A DNA stretch of 39,379 nt from Candidatus Rokuibacteriota bacterium. GTDB lineage: Bacteria; JAUVQV01; DATDCY01. Each line of letters begins with the position of its first letter. The first letter of the stretch is position 1. This document shows, piece by piece, positions 18,927-29,861 of this stretch. Under the pieces are notes generated by a model. The model saw nothing but the letters and a program-made list of their open reading frames with translations. It did no database searches and was not told where the DNA came from. The position numbers and the translations under genes are program-made. Where the stretch lies: positions 1 to 39,379 of the forward strand of contig JANOHV010000226.1 of the NCBI GenBank assembly GCA_031406795.1, given 5' to 3'.

Positions 18927-21278
18927 ATGGGTGCAAGAATGAAGCTCGGACCGAAACTGATCGTCTCGCTCGGACTGACCCTGGCCCTGATTCTCGGGTT
19001 GTTCATGTTCGTCATGACCCGCTACCAGCGCCACGGGGCGATCGAGCAGGCTTCCCAGCTGATGCTCACCGTCGGCCAGGCCATCGTCAAGAGCATGGAG
19101 CGCTCGATGCGCCAGGGCGATATGGCGAGCATCCAGGAGATGCTCGAAAGCATGGCCGGCGGCGACATCGCCGGCCTGCGCATCGTCAACTGGGGCCGCA
19201 CCGTCACCCAGAGCGACAAGCCCGGGGAGATCGGCACCCGCGCCGGCGACGCGCTCATCGACGAGGCCTTCCGCACGGGGCTGCCGGTGCGAACGGATCT
19301 CGTGCTGGGCCAGCATCCGGTCCTGCGCCAGGTCTTCCCCCTGCGCAATTCCCCGCAATGCACCGGCTGCCACCGCCAGGTCGGCCCCGGCGCCGTGCTC
19401 GGGGCGGTCGACCTGCACCTGAACATCGACCTGATCGGGCAGCACATCAGCTCGATGACCAAGACGATGTTCCTGTGGTCGGCGGCGATCCTCGTGTTGA
19501 TCATTGGCGCACTGCTCCTTCTGCTCCAGCCCCTCGTTCTCGGCCCGATCTCCGCGCTCTCGCGGGCAGCGACGGCGGCGGCCGACGGGCAGGAGATCGT
19601 CTCCGTTCCGGTGAAGAGCGCCGACGAGATCGGCCAGCTGGCGAACGCCTTCAACACGATGATGCGCAATCTCAAGGACGCGCTCGAGCGCAACGAGAGC
19701 ATCGTGCGCGGGATCGCCGACCCGATGATCGTCGTCAACCAGGACGGCATCGTGACCTTCATGAACGAGCCGTGCGAACGGCTCACCGAACATGGGCGCG
19801 AGGACGTCGTCGGCAAGCTGGCCTGCCGCGAGTTGATGAATTGCGTGGAGTGCCAGGGCGCCTGCGGTCTGCTGCGGCTGGTCAAGACCGGGCAGGACGG
19901 GGGCACCGAGGAGAACACGATCCGCACGCGCAGCGGGCGCTCCGTGCAGACGCTCTCCACCTCCTCCCTGATCCGGGACGCCGCCGGCAACCTGCGCGGT
20001 GCAATCGGCATCTTCCGGGACGTCTCCGTGCAGCGCAAGGCCGAGCGCAAGCTGGCCAACAAGACCTCCTGGACCGAGTCGGTGATCCGCGCCGTCGCCG
20101 ATCCGATGTTCACTGTCGACCAGGAGAAGACCGTGACTTTCGTGAACGAGACCGCGGCGGCGCTCGTCGGCTTCTCGCCCGAGGAGATCGTCGGGCGCAA
20201 GTGCCACGAGATCTTCCGGGGAGCGGTCTGCCGGGAGGACTGCCTCTACGGCCGCGCCCTGCGCACCGGGACCTTCCACGGGGCCGAGCGCGAGGTGATC
20301 AACCGGCGGCAGGAGAACCTGGTCGCGCAGGCCAGCGGCGCGGTGCTGCTCTCCGCGGAGAAGGGCAACGTCGGCTTTCTGGAAATCCTGCGGGACGTCA
20401 CCGAAGAGAAGAAGAACCTGATGAATCTCGTCGAGGTCATCAAGCACGTTCAGGACGCCTCGACCCAGATCCTGAACATCGCCGGCGAGATTCTCTCGAA
20501 CACCGAGGAGCAGAAGAAGAGCATCTCCGAGCAGTCCTCCTCCGTCAAGGAGGTTGCGACCACGATCGAACAGCTGGACATCACGTCGCAGCAGACCGCG
20601 GAGAAGGCCGAAAAGGTCGTGCGTTCCGCGACGAAGTCGGTCGAGGTCTCCAAGGAGGGCCAGAGCGCGGTGCGGGAGGAGATGGAGACGATGCAGCTGA
20701 TCCGCGAGCGCGTCGAGGGGATCGCCCAGCAGATCCTCGGGCTCTCCGAGCAGGCCCAGCAGATCGGCACGATCGTCACCACGGTGAACGACATTGCCGA
20801 GCAGACCAACCTGCTCGCGCTCAACGCCGCGATCGAGGCCGCCCGCGCCGGCGTGCACGGGAAGGGTTTCGCCGTCGTCGCGATGGAGGTCAAGAAGCTC
20901 GCCGAACAGAGTCAGCAGGCCACGGCCCGCATCGGCGCCCTGGTCACCGAGATCCAGAAACAGACCCGGGCCAGCGTCGTCGCCACCGAGGACGGCGCCA
21001 AGGGGGTCGAACTCGGGGTGCGTCTCGCCCTGAAAGCCGGGTCGACGATCGAGAGCGTGATGGCGACGATCGGCGACACCTCCGACGCGGTCCAGCAGAT
21101 CGCCTCGATTGCCAAGCAGCAGTCGGTCGGAATCCAGCAGGTCTCGATCGCGATGGCCAACATCAACGCCGGGATGAAGCAGACGACCACCAGCGCCGAG
21201 AGCCTGCAGCAGGTGGCCGAGGACTTCAACGCCCTGGCAATGGCGCTCCGCAATGTCGCGCGCAAGTACAAGATCTGA
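18927..21278 (+). CDS. Methyl-accepting chemotaxis protein: TM, periplasmic CxxCH sensor, TM, HAMP, 2 PAS, signalling domain
   Basis: CTGCH (19359-19373); [17 protein letters not shown]; two PAS repeats; [37 protein letters not shown]. Confidence 0.93.
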   Translation: MGARMKLGPKLIVSLGLTLALILGLFMFVMTRYQRHGAIEQASQLMLTVGQAIVKSMERSMRQGDMASIQEMLESMAGGDIAGLRIVNWGRTVTQSDKPGEIGTRAGDALIDEAFRTGLPVRTDLVLGQHPVLRQVFPLRNSPQCTGCHRQVGPGAVLGAVDLHLNIDLIGQHISSMTKTMFLWSAAILVLIIGALLLLLQPLVLGPISALSRAATAAADGQEIVSVPVKSADEIGQLANAFNTMMRNLKDALERNESIVRGIADPMIVVNQDGIVTFMNEPCERLTEHGREDVVGKLACRELMNCVECQGACGLLRLVKTGQDGGTEENTIRTRSGRSVQTLSTSSLIRDAAGNLRGAIGIFRDVSVQRKAERKLANKTSWTESVIRAVADPMFTVDQEKTVTFVNETAAALVGFSPEEIVGRKCHEIFRGAVCREDCLYGRALRTGTFHGAEREVINRRQENLVAQASGAVLLSAEKGNVGFLEILRDVTEEKKNLMNLVEVIKHVQDASTQILNIAGEILSNTEEQKKSISEQSSSVKEVATTIEQLDITSQQTAEKAEKVVRSATKSVEVSKEGQSAVREEMETMQLIRERVEGIAQQILGLSEQAQQIGTIVTTVNDIAEQTNLLALNAAIEAARAGVHGKGFAVVAMEVKKLAEQSQQATARIGALVTEIQKQTRASVVATEDGAKGVELGVRLALKAGSTIESVMATIGDTSDAVQQIASIAKQQSVGIQQVSIAMANINAGMKQTTTSAESLQQVAEDFNALAMALRNVARKYKI

Positions 21279-23226
21279 GCCGGGGAGTCTCGCAACGGCG
21301 CTCTCGCTCGGGAGCGTGCGCGCGCTGCTGGCCCTGTTCGCCATCGGCACGCTGGTCGGCGTCCTGTCGCTCGTCGAGGGGGCGCAGCTGCGCTCGGAGA
21401 TCAAGCTGCTCGAGGCGACCCGGAGTTTCGAAAAACTGCTCGACGCCGCCGCGGAGGCGGTGCTCGCGTTGGAGCGGCGTCTGGAAGCGGTGCCCGAAGC
21501 AACCGCCGAACCCTGGGCGCTGGAGGTCCAGTCGGTCCGCGACCGACTGCAGGCGCTCGAGGCCGGCGTGCTGCCCGGCGCCCGCTTCCCCGGTCGGCCG
21601 CTGCTCGAGGCGCTCGCCAGGGTCGAGGCCGCCGGACGGCGGGGCGCCCCGGCGCCGACGCCGGCCGAGACGCGGGAACTGCGCACCGCGCTCGCGGAGC
21701 GCTGGAACGTCTTTCACGACGCGGTGCACGAGGAGCTGACCCGGAAGGAGTCCCACCGTCTCTGGCGCATCGGCGAGCGCTCGCGGCAGTACCGCTGGGT
21801 GCTGTTCTTCGTCGGCCTCGCGGCGACGGCGATCCTCGGCGCCGCCATCGCGGTGACGGGCCGCTCGGCGGTGCGCGCCGGCGCTCAGGCGCGGGCGCTG
21901 GTCGCCGGGGATTACCCCGGCGCCGCGGCCCCCGCCGTGAACCGCGGGGATTTCGCCGGACTGCGTGCCGCCCTCGGCGCCGCGGCATCCGCCCTGAGCG
22001 CGGTGGAGGCCGGGCGCCGGCTCGAACAGCTGCGCCACGAGCGCTTCTTCCAGCGCCTGGATTCGGCGCTCAGCGACATCGCCGACGGCCAGAAGGCCCG
22101 TCAGCTCCCGCCGGCCGAGGACCCGGCCTGCGCCGGCGCGCTGAGCGCACTCGGGCGCGTCGTGGAGCGGCTGCACGCCGTCGAGGAGCGGGAGGAACTC
22201 GAGCGTTCCCGCGCCCAGTCGCTCACGGCCGTGCCCCGTGAGGAGATCTTCCAGCTCCACCAGTTCCTGGAACTCGGCGCGCAGGCGCCCGTGGCCTTCG
22301 CGCCCGAGAGCCCGCTGTACGGTCTGGCGCAGCGGGTCGCGGCCGTGGTCGCCCGCAGCCGGCTGTTGGTTTCTCAACTGCAGGACCGTTCGGCCCGCAT
22401 TCTCGAACTCTCGGGTACGCTCTCGGCCGCCATCGTCGACCGTGAAGCGGATTTCCGCCGGGAGTCGCAGCTGATCCACGAGACCTCGACGACCGTCAAC
22501 GAAGTCTCCGTCGCCGCCAAGCAGACCGCCCAGATGGTCGAGTTCGTCTTCCGCTCCTCCCAGGACGCGATGCAGGCCGCCGAGGACGGCCGCGAGTACG
22601 TCCGGCTCACGATCGAAGGCATGGATGTCATCGAGCAGCGCGTGAGCCGGATCGCCGAACAGATTCTGCAGCTCGCGGGGAAATCCCAGGAGATCGGCGC
22701 CATCGTCAAGGCCATCGGGGACCTCTCCAAGCAGACCAATCTGCTCGCCCTCAACGCGGCCATCGAGGCCGCCGGGGCCGGCGAGCACGGCAAGGGGTTC
22801 GCGGTCGTCGCCAAGGAGATCCGCGAACTCGCCGTCAAGAGTTCGCGCTCGACCCGGGACATCCAGCGGATTATCGGCGACATTCAGTCGGCGACCAACT
22901 CCGCGGTCCTCTCCACCGAGGAGGGCACGAAGAGCGTCCACGGCGGCGTGCGCCTCGCGACCTCGCTCAACCTGGCCTTCACCCAGGTGGTCGCGAAATT
23001 CCAGGAAGTCGTCGAGTCGGCGCAGCAGATCTCGACCGCGGCGCAGGAGCAGACCAGCGGCGCGCGGCAGGTGGCCGCTTCGGTCAGCAGCATCGACCAC
23101 ATGGTGCGCACGACCGTCGAGGACCTCAAGGGACTGCGGCACATCCTGGAGGAGTACCAGGGCATCGCCGCGGAACTGGCGGAGATTCTCAACGACACCT
23201 CCTCGACCCGGGGAGCGGTTGCGTGA
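21253..23226 (+). CDS. Methyl-accepting chemotaxis protein with divergent sensor/HAMP region
   Basis: Two hydrophobic segments; [34 protein letters not shown]; start uncertain (GTG 21316 possible). Confidence 0.88.
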   Translation: MSRASTRSEPGSLATALSLGSVRALLALFAIGTLVGVLSLVEGAQLRSEIKLLEATRSFEKLLDAAAEAVLALERRLEAVPEATAEPWALEVQSVRDRLQALEAGVLPGARFPGRPLLEALARVEAAGRRGAPAPTPAETRELRTALAERWNVFHDAVHEELTRKESHRLWRIGERSRQYRWVLFFVGLAATAILGAAIAVTGRSAVRAGAQARALVAGDYPGAAAPAVNRGDFAGLRAALGAAASALSAVEAGRRLEQLRHERFFQRLDSALSDIADGQKARQLPPAEDPACAGALSALGRVVERLHAVEEREELERSRAQSLTAVPREEIFQLHQFLELGAQAPVAFAPESPLYGLAQRVAAVVARSRLLVSQLQDRSARILELSGTLSAAIVDREADFRRESQLIHETSTTVNEVSVAAKQTAQMVEFVFRSSQDAMQAAEDGREYVRLTIEGMDVIEQRVSRIAEQILQLAGKSQEIGAIVKAIGDLSKQTNLLALNAAIEAAGAGEHGKGFAVVAKEIRELAVKSSRSTRDIQRIIGDIQSATNSAVLSTEEGTKSVHGGVRLATSLNLAFTQVVAKFQEVVESAQQISTAAQEQTSGARQVAASVSSIDHMVRTTVEDLKGLRHILEEYQGIAAELAEILNDTSSTRGAVA

Positions 23227-25583
23227 GTTACCACCCCGACGAGCTCCTCGAGATACTCTCCATCTACAAGGCGGAGACCGAGGAGCACTTGCAGAAGCTC
23301 AATGAGGGGCTCCTGCGCCTGGAGCAGGCGCCGCGCCGCACCGAGACGCTCGAGGAGATCTTCCGCGAGGCCCACAGCCTCAAAGGCGCGGCACGGATGA
23401 TCGGCTTCGAGGCGGTGGAGAAGATCGCCCACGGCCTCGAGGACCTGTTCAGCCTGGCCCGCAAGGGGGAATTGGACTTCGGGCGCCACGTCTTCGACGT
23501 GATCTTCGTCGCCCTCGACGCGATCTCGAAACTGACCACCACCTGGCTCGAGAACCCCGGGGCGCCGTCGCCTCCGGTCGACGATCTGCTCGAACGCCTC
23601 CGCTCCGTGCGCACCCCGGGTTCCGAGCCTCCCGCCACTGTCGCCGCGGCGACACCGGCGCCTGCGGCTCCGCCCCCTCCGGTCGCTCCCGCGCGACCGG
23701 CCGAGCCTGCCCGACCGCGCGCCCCGATCGGGCCGTCCGCGGCGAACGCCGCGTCAGCCGCTGCGGGGGCGCCGCAGCCGAGGAGCGCGACGAGCGCCGC
23801 AGCCGCGGAGCGTACCGCGGATGACCATGCCGCCCCGGTGCCCGAAACGGGCGTGCGGCAGATCGAGGAGACCATCCGGGTCACCACGCAGAAGCTCGAC
23901 GACCTGATGAATCAGATCGGCGAAATTCTCGTCACACGCATCAAGTTCGACGAGCGTCTCGCCGAGATCCGCCTGATCGAGCGGCAGATCGAACAGCTGC
24001 AGGGGTCCTGGATCGCCGTCCGCCGGCGCGCCGGGCAGGGCGCGGACGCCTGGGCGGTGCGGGAGATCGGCGATCGCGTCGCCCGCCTCCAGGACGACAT
24101 CCGACACCTGGCCACCGGGTTCAATGAAGACACGCTGCGCATGACCCTGGTGTCGGGCGAGTTGCAGGATTCGATCAACCGGGTGCGCATGCTGCCGCTC
24201 TCCGCGCTGTTCAATCTTTTCCCGCGCCTGCTGCGCGACATCGCCCGGCAGGAGGGCAAGGAGATCGAGCTGGTCGTCGAAGGCGGCCACGCGCAGCTCG
24301 ACAAGAAGATCATCGAGGAGCTCAAGGACCCGCTGACGCACCTGTTGCGCAACGCGCTGGATCACGGGATCGAAAAACCCGAAGTTCGTCTGCGCGCCGG
24401 CAAGCGGCCGGCCGGGCGCCTGAGGCTCTCGGCAGCGCAGAAGGCGAGCAGCGTCGTCATCGACATCGAGGATGACGGCGCCGGCATCGACCTGGAGCGC
24501 GTCCGCGCCCTGGCGCTGCGCCGGGGCTTCGCCAAGGAGGCGGAGCTGCGGGAGATGACCGACCAGCAGGTGCTCGGCCTGGTCTTCCGGCCGGGGTTCT
24601 CGACCAAGGGCATGATCACCGACCTCTCCGGCCGCGGAGTCGGGCTCGACGTGGTGCTGACGAACATCGAGCGCATGAAAGGGACGATCACCGTCTCCTC
24701 GGTTCCCGGACGCGGGTCGGTCTTCTCGATTCGCCTGCCGATCACGCTGACCACGACCCAGGCGCTGCTGGTCAAGGTTTCCGGGCAGGCTTTCGCGATC
24801 CCGCTCGCCGCCGTCGAAACCATCGGCGAGATCGGCCTCGACCAGGTGACGTCCGTCGAATCGCGCGAAGCGGTGCTGATCGAGGGTGTGCCGACGGCGC
24901 TGGTGCGCCTCCACGAAATCCTGCGCCTCGCGGAGCAATCGGCGGGCCTGGAGGCCGGCGACAAGGTGCCCGTCGTCGTGCTCGGCTCCACGGAGGAGCG
25001 GGTGGCGTTCCTGGTCGACGAACTGCTCGGGGAGCACGAAATCGTCGTCAAGGGGCTCGGGGCGCCGCTGCGGCGGGTGCGCAACGTCTCCGGAGCGACG
25101 ATCGCCGGCGACGGGGCGATCGTGCTCATCCTCAACGTCTTCGACCTGATCAAGGCCTCGCAGAAGGTGCGCGGCCTCTGGCTCGCCGACAAGCGCCGTG
25201 CCGAGGCGGGGCGGCGCGGCAAGTCCCGGGTCCTCGTGGTCGACGACTCGGTGACCACCCGCCTGCTGGAGAAGGGTATACTCGAAAATAATGGGTACGA
25301 AGTGTCGCTCGCGGTGGACGGTGTCGACGCCCTGGAGAAACTCGCGAACGGCGGCTTCGACCTGGTGGTTTCGGACGTGGAGATGCCCCGGATGAACGGG
25401 TTCGAACTCACGCGTCGGTTGCGGAGTCAGGAGGTGTACCGCGAACTGCCGGTGATCCTGGTGACGTCGCTCTCCTCGGAGGAGGACAAGAAGACCGGCG
25501 TCGAAGCGGGCGCCGACGCCTACATTGTCAAAGGCGCCTTCGACCAGGGCAACCTGATCGCCACCATCAGGCAGTTGCTGTGA
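23223..25583 (+). CDS. cheA: Hybrid CheA histidine kinase with C-terminal receiver (WspE/FrzE-like)
   Basis: Hpt [43 protein letters not shown]; CheW domain; REC VVDDS...[10 protein letters not shown]. Confidence 0.96.
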   Translation: MSYHPDELLEILSIYKAETEEHLQKLNEGLLRLEQAPRRTETLEEIFREAHSLKGAARMIGFEAVEKIAHGLEDLFSLARKGELDFGRHVFDVIFVALDAISKLTTTWLENPGAPSPPVDDLLERLRSVRTPGSEPPATVAAATPAPAAPPPPVAPARPAEPARPRAPIGPSAANAASAAAGAPQPRSATSAAAAERTADDHAAPVPETGVRQIEETIRVTTQKLDDLMNQIGEILVTRIKFDERLAEIRLIERQIEQLQGSWIAVRRRAGQGADAWAVREIGDRVARLQDDIRHLATGFNEDTLRMTLVSGELQDSINRVRMLPLSALFNLFPRLLRDIARQEGKEIELVVEGGHAQLDKKIIEELKDPLTHLLRNALDHGIEKPEVRLRAGKRPAGRLRLSAAQKASSVVIDIEDDGAGIDLERVRALALRRGFAKEAELREMTDQQVLGLVFRPGFSTKGMITDLSGRGVGLDVVLTNIERMKGTITVSSVPGRGSVFSIRLPITLTTTQALLVKVSGQAFAIPLAAVETIGEIGLDQVTSVESREAVLIEGVPTALVRLHEILRLAEQSAGLEAGDKVPVVVLGSTEERVAFLVDELLGEHEIVVKGLGAPLRRVRNVSGATIAGDGAIVLILNVFDLIKASQKVRGLWLADKRRAEAGRRGKSRVLVVDDSVTTRLLEKGILENNGYEVSLAVDGVDALEKLANGGFDLVVSDVEMPRMNGFELTRRLRSQEVYRELPVILVTSLSSEEDKKTGVEAGADAYIVKGAFDQGNLIATIRQLL

Positions 25584-26671
25584 GCGCCGTGGAGCGGGAC
25601 TCGAGGGAGGCGGCGCCCACGGCGCGGACGATTCGCGTCCTGGTTGCCGAGGACTCGCTGTTCGCCCGCAGCGTCCTCGTGAAGATCCTCGAGTCCGACC
25701 CCCACATCAAGGTGGTCGGGGTGGCCCGCAACGGCCAGGAGGCCGTGGATCTGGTGCGCTCGCTGCGCCCCGACGTCGTGACGATGGACATCCGCATGCC
25801 GGTCATGGACGGGTTTCAGGCGACGCAGCTGATCATGGCCGAGAACCCGACGCCGATTCTGGTGATCAGCGCCTCGGTCGGCAGCGAGGACCTGAAGATC
25901 TCGTTCAATGCCATTCAGGCCGGCGCGCTCGACATCATCGAGAAGCCGCGCGGCAATCTGCAGTCCGGCTACGAGAAGCTCGGCGCGCAGATCGTGCGGC
26001 GCGTGCACATGGTCGCGGAGATCCGCGTGTTCCGCCATCTCTCGCCACGGCTGCGGCGGCCCATTGCCTGGACGCCGCCCGCGGGCGCCGCGGCGCGGGC
26101 TCCCGAGTTCGTGGTCGCGATCGGGGCTTCCACGGGGGGGCCCTCGGCGCTGCTCTCGATCCTGCAGGCCGCGCCGGCGGGCTTCCCGGCCCCCGTCTTC
26201 ATTACCCAGCACATTTCGGAGGGCTTCGGGCGCGGCTGCGCCGAGTGGCTCGCGCGCAATTCCGCCCTCGAAGTCAAGGTCGCCGAGGACGGGGAGCGGG
26301 TGCGCGCGGGCGTCGTCTACTTCACCCCGGACCGCGGCCTGCTCGAGCTGCGCGGCAAGTGGGCGATCGCGGTGCGCCCGCAGCGCTCCCGGACGGAGCG
26401 CGCGACCATCGACATCATGATCGCCTCGGTCGCCGAGGCCTGGCGCGAACGGACGATTGCCGTGTTGCTCACGGGCATGGGTAACGACGGCGTCGACGGC
26501 CTGCGCCGGGTGAAGGAACTCGGCGGTCGCACCGTGGTTCAGGACGAGAAGACCAGCGTCGTCTGGGGAATGCCGCGTGCCGCGGCGGACGCCGGCGTGG
26601 CCGACCAGGTTCTGGCGCTGGATGACATACCCCAGGCCCTGCTGCGGCTCGTGGCGAGCCCGGCGCGCTGA
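25580..26671 (+). CDS. cheB: Chemotaxis methylesterase/response regulator
   Basis: REC VTMDIRMP; catalytic motifs GASTGG, TQHI, LTGMGNDG; SVVWGMP. Confidence 0.95.
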   Translation: MSAVERDSREAAPTARTIRVLVAEDSLFARSVLVKILESDPHIKVVGVARNGQEAVDLVRSLRPDVVTMDIRMPVMDGFQATQLIMAENPTPILVISASVGSEDLKISFNAIQAGALDIIEKPRGNLQSGYEKLGAQIVRRVHMVAEIRVFRHLSPRLRRPIAWTPPAGAAARAPEFVVAIGASTGGPSALLSILQAAPAGFPAPVFITQHISEGFGRGCAEWLARNSALEVKVAEDGERVRAGVVYFTPDRGLLELRGKWAIAVRPQRSRTERATIDIMIASVAEAWRERTIAVLLTGMGNDGVDGLRRVKELGGRTVVQDEKTSVVWGMPRAAADAGVADQVLALDDIPQALLRLVASPAR

Positions 26672-26685
26672 GGAGAGTTGCGGAG

Positions 26686-28149
26686 ATGAAGATCCTGATT
26701 GCCGAGGACAGTCTGACCCAGGCCACGCTGATGAAGCACGGGCTGCAGCGCGTCGGCTACGAGGTGATCCTCGCGCGCGACGGCATCGAGGCGATCAAGC
26801 GGGCCTGGCAGGAATGCCCGGATCTCGTGGTCTCCGACGTCGTGATGCCGCGCCTCAACGGCTACCAGGTCTGCCGGCTGCTGCGTGACCACCAGAGCAC
26901 CGCGCGGATCCCGGTGATCCTGCTGACGAGCCTCGACCAGCGTCAGGACGCGTTCTGGGGGCTCAAATCGGGCGCGGACAAGTTCATCACCAAGGGCGGC
27001 GACATCCCGGCGATCGTCGCCCAGATCCACGCGTTCGTCGAGGAGCGTGCGCGCGCGGGCGCGGCCGCGGCGCCCGCGCGGGACGCCGCGGCCTGCAGGG
27101 TCGACCTGGACGCGGACGTCATGGAGCGCGTCATCCAGCTGCTCGACAAGAGCCTGTTCGAGTCCACCGTGGCCGCGGAGATCCAGGACCTGGTGAACAT
27201 CCTGGACGATCTGCAGGCGACCGTGCTCGGGGTGCTCGAGATCCTCCGCAAGGTCATCGATTTCCACATCGGGGCCATCCACCTGGGCGGCGAGGAGCAG
27301 CAGGGGCTGTTCGTGCTCGTGAACAAGTCGGTGGACGACCGCTTCATCAGCGTGCTGTGTGAGCAGCTGCAGCGCGAGACGCCGGGAACCGATCCGGGGC
27401 CCGGCTGCGAGCCGGAGATCATCGACCCGCAGCATCTGCTCACCCGGCCGGGGAGCCACCCGCAGCTGCCCGGATCGGTGCTCATCGCGCGCCTGACGAC
27501 CAAAGGCCGCGCGAGCGGCTCGATCGCGATCGCCACCGCGGAGGCGGAGGCCTATCCGGAGCGGGTCGAGCAGACCTTCGAGATGATCGCCCGGCACGCC
27601 AACATCGTCATCGACTACGCGCGCCTCTACGAGAGCACCAAACGGCTCTCCATCACCGACGGGCTGACCAAGCTCTACAATCACCGCTTCTTCCAGGACT
27701 CGCTCAAGCGCGAGTTCGCGCGTTGCCTCAGACATCAGTCCCCGCTGTCGCTGGCGCTGCTCGACATCGACCATTTCAAGAGATTCAACGACACCTACGG
27801 CCACCAGCAGGGCGACATCGTGCTGCAGGAGCTGGCCCGGACGCTGCGGGGGCAGGTGCGCAATCTCGACGTCGTGGCGCGCTACGGCGGCGAGGAGTTC
27901 GCGGTGATCATGCCCGACGCCACGCCGGAGGTCGCGCTGCGCGTGGCCGAGCGGCTGCGCGCCGCCGTCGAGGGGCATCCGGTGGAAGGGCCGACGGGGC
28001 CGCTGCGCGTGACCATCAGTCTCGGCGTGGCCTCGGTCCCACGCGCGGAGATCGGGGTTCCGGCCGGGCTGATCGCCGCCGCAGACCGCGCGCTGTATCG
28101 CGCCAAAGAGCGGGGCCGAAACTGCGTCGCCTCCCAGGAGCAGGGGTAG
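26686..28149 (+). CDS. Response-regulator diguanylate cyclase (REC, GAF-like, GGEEF)
   Basis: REC SDVVMP; TDGLTKLYN, DIDHFKRFNDTYGHQQGD, RNLD I-site, RYGGEEF, ADRALYRAK. Confidence 0.95.
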   Translation: MKILIAEDSLTQATLMKHGLQRVGYEVILARDGIEAIKRAWQECPDLVVSDVVMPRLNGYQVCRLLRDHQSTARIPVILLTSLDQRQDAFWGLKSGADKFITKGGDIPAIVAQIHAFVEERARAGAAAAPARDAAACRVDLDADVMERVIQLLDKSLFESTVAAEIQDLVNILDDLQATVLGVLEILRKVIDFHIGAIHLGGEEQQGLFVLVNKSVDDRFISVLCEQLQRETPGTDPGPGCEPEIIDPQHLLTRPGSHPQLPGSVLIARLTTKGRASGSIAIATAEAEAYPERVEQTFEMIARHANIVIDYARLYESTKRLSITDGLTKLYNHRFFQDSLKREFARCLRHQSPLSLALLDIDHFKRFNDTYGHQQGDIVLQELARTLRGQVRNLDVVARYGGEEFAVIMPDATPEVALRVAERLRAAVEGHPVEGPTGPLRVTISLGVASVPRAEIGVPAGLIAAADRALYRAKERGRNCVASQEQG

Positions 28150-28166
28150 GGGCGGGGAGAACGGCG

Positions 28167-29861
28167 TTGGACGAGCGCAAGCGGATCGGCGAATTGCTCC
28201 TCGACGCCGGCGTCATCACGGCGGAGCATCTGGCCGCGGCCCTGACCGAGCAGAAGCGCTCCGGCGGGCGGCTCTGTTACAACCTGATCCGCCTCGGGCA
28301 CCTGAAGGCCGATGATCTCGTCGGCTTCCTGCGCGACCAGTTCGGGGTGGCGGCGGTCAACCTGGAGCGGTACCAGGTTCCCGAGGCGGTGTTGCGCCTG
28401 ATCCCGGCGGCCTTTGCGCGCGAACGCCACGTCGTGCCGCTGCACGTTCTCGACGGCACCCTGACCGTCGCGCTGCTCGACCCCTCCCGCGCCGATGACA
28501 TCACGGCGATCCGCGATCTGACCGGCCTGGAGCCCGAGCCGGTGATCTGCCCGGAGGCCGCGCTCGAAGCGGCGCTGTTGCGCTTCTATCCGCTGGAGCC
28601 CCCGGTCGCCGCGCGGGGCGAAGGGGTGCTTGAACTCGACGAGGAACGGGACGCGCGCCCGGCGGCCCCGGCCGATGCGCCGGCGGTCCTCTCGGCGGAG
28701 GACTGGCTGCGCCGCATCGTTCTGCAGGCGGTGCGGCGGCGCTCGCGCGAGATCCACCTCGAGGCGTCCGAAGCCGGGCTGCGTGCGCGCTATCGCGTGC
28801 GCGGCATGCTGCAGGACGGCGAGACCGCGCCGCCCGAGACGCGCCGCGAGATCACGCGGCGCGCGCTGGCGATCGCCGGCGTTGCGGCCGGCGCGCCCGG
28901 CGGCGCGCCCGGGGAAGGCCGCTTCCGGATTCATGTACGCGGCCGCTGGCTGCGCGCGACGCTCTCGGCGTTTCCGACGCTCTTCGGCGAGCGGCTGGTC
29001 ATCCGGATCGTCGACGAGAGTCTGCTGGCCCGGGAGTTTCAGGAACTCGGGATGTCGAAGGAAGTCGCCGACGAGGCGCAGCGGCTGCTCGCCTTCCGGC
29101 ACGGCGTGCTGCTGGTCAACGCGCCTCCCGGACAGGGCCGCCGCACGACGTTCTACAGCATGCTCGCCCACCTCAGGGGGGAGGGCGGGCGGAACATCAT
29201 GACCCTGGAGAGCCCGGTGCGCTTCCCGATCGCCGGCATCAGCCAGTCGCAGATCGGTGGCGCGACCGGGCTGGACTACGCGGCCGGCCTGCAGTCGATT
29301 CTGCACCAGGAGCCTGACGTCGTCGGCCTCACCGATGTGCCCGACCGCGCCACACTCGAGATGGTCTTCGCCGCCGGGAGGCGCTGTCTCGTCGTTGCGC
29401 TCTGCGGCTTTCGCGACAACCGGCAGGCGCTCGACTGGGTCAAGGACGCCGGGGTCAGCGCCGCAACGCTGGGTCTGCTGCTGCGCGGCATTCTCGCGCA
29501 GCGGCTGCTGCCGAAGATCTGCAGCGCCTGCCGGGAGCCGCTCGCCGAGCCCGTGCGGCTGGTCGAGGGTATCCGGGGCCACGGGGTCGAGGAACTCACC
29601 TTCTACACCGGCGCCGGGTGCGAGCAGTGCGGCGGCTCGGGGCGCGCCGGGCGGGTGGCCATCTTCGAGTTGCTCTCCTTCCGCGAGGACCTGCGCGACC
29701 GTCTGCTGCGCGGGGATCCCTCGCAGTTGCTCGTCGAGGAGGCAGAGCGACTCGGCATGTGGTCCCTGCGGGAGGACGGGCTGCTCAAGGCCTCCCAGGG
29801 GCTCGTGGACATCCGAGAGGTGCTCGAGGCCACCGCCGCCGACGGGTCAATCCCCGGGTGA
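28167..29861 (+). CDS. GspE/PilB-family ATPase homolog with N-terminal MshEN domain and degenerate catalytic motifs
   Basis: TTG 28167 after GGGGAG; RIGELLLDAGVIT...LAAALTEQ; PT.FGER.VIRI; AQRL...ICSAC; GCEQC..SG..GRVAIFELL; Walker A reads APPGQGRRTT. Confidence 0.88.
   Translation: MDERKRIGELLLDAGVITAEHLAAALTEQKRSGGRLCYNLIRLGHLKADDLVGFLRDQFGVAAVNLERYQVPEAVLRLIPAAFARERHVVPLHVLDGTLTVALLDPSRADDITAIRDLTGLEPEPVICPEAALEAALLRFYPLEPPVAARGEGVLELDEERDARPAAPADAPAVLSAEDWLRRIVLQAVRRRSREIHLEASEAGLRARYRVRGMLQDGETAPPETRREITRRALAIAGVAAGAPGGAPGEGRFRIHVRGRWLRATLSAFPTLFGERLVIRIVDESLLAREFQELGMSKEVADEAQRLLAFRHGVLLVNAPPGQGRRTTFYSMLAHLRGEGGRNIMTLESPVRFPIAGISQSQIGGATGLDYAAGLQSILHQEPDVVGLTDVPDRATLEMVFAAGRRCLVVALCGFRDNRQALDWVKDAGVSAATLGLLLRGILAQRLLPKICSACREPLAEPVRLVEGIRGHGVEELTFYTGAGCEQCGGSGRAGRVAIFELLSFREDLRDRLLRGDPSQLLVEEAERLGMWSLREDGLLKASQGLVDIREVLEATAADGSIPG

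Noticed and set aside
23620-23850. Pro/Ala low-complexity stretch in cheA
   Set aside because: Ordinary flexible linker between the Hpt and dimerisation domains; not a DNA-level repeat
28146-28157. GTAGGGGCGGGG at the cyclase stop, identical to the 5' half of REP palindrome A
   Set aside because: No complementary arm follows; it is explained by the stop codon plus the G-rich RBS of the next gene
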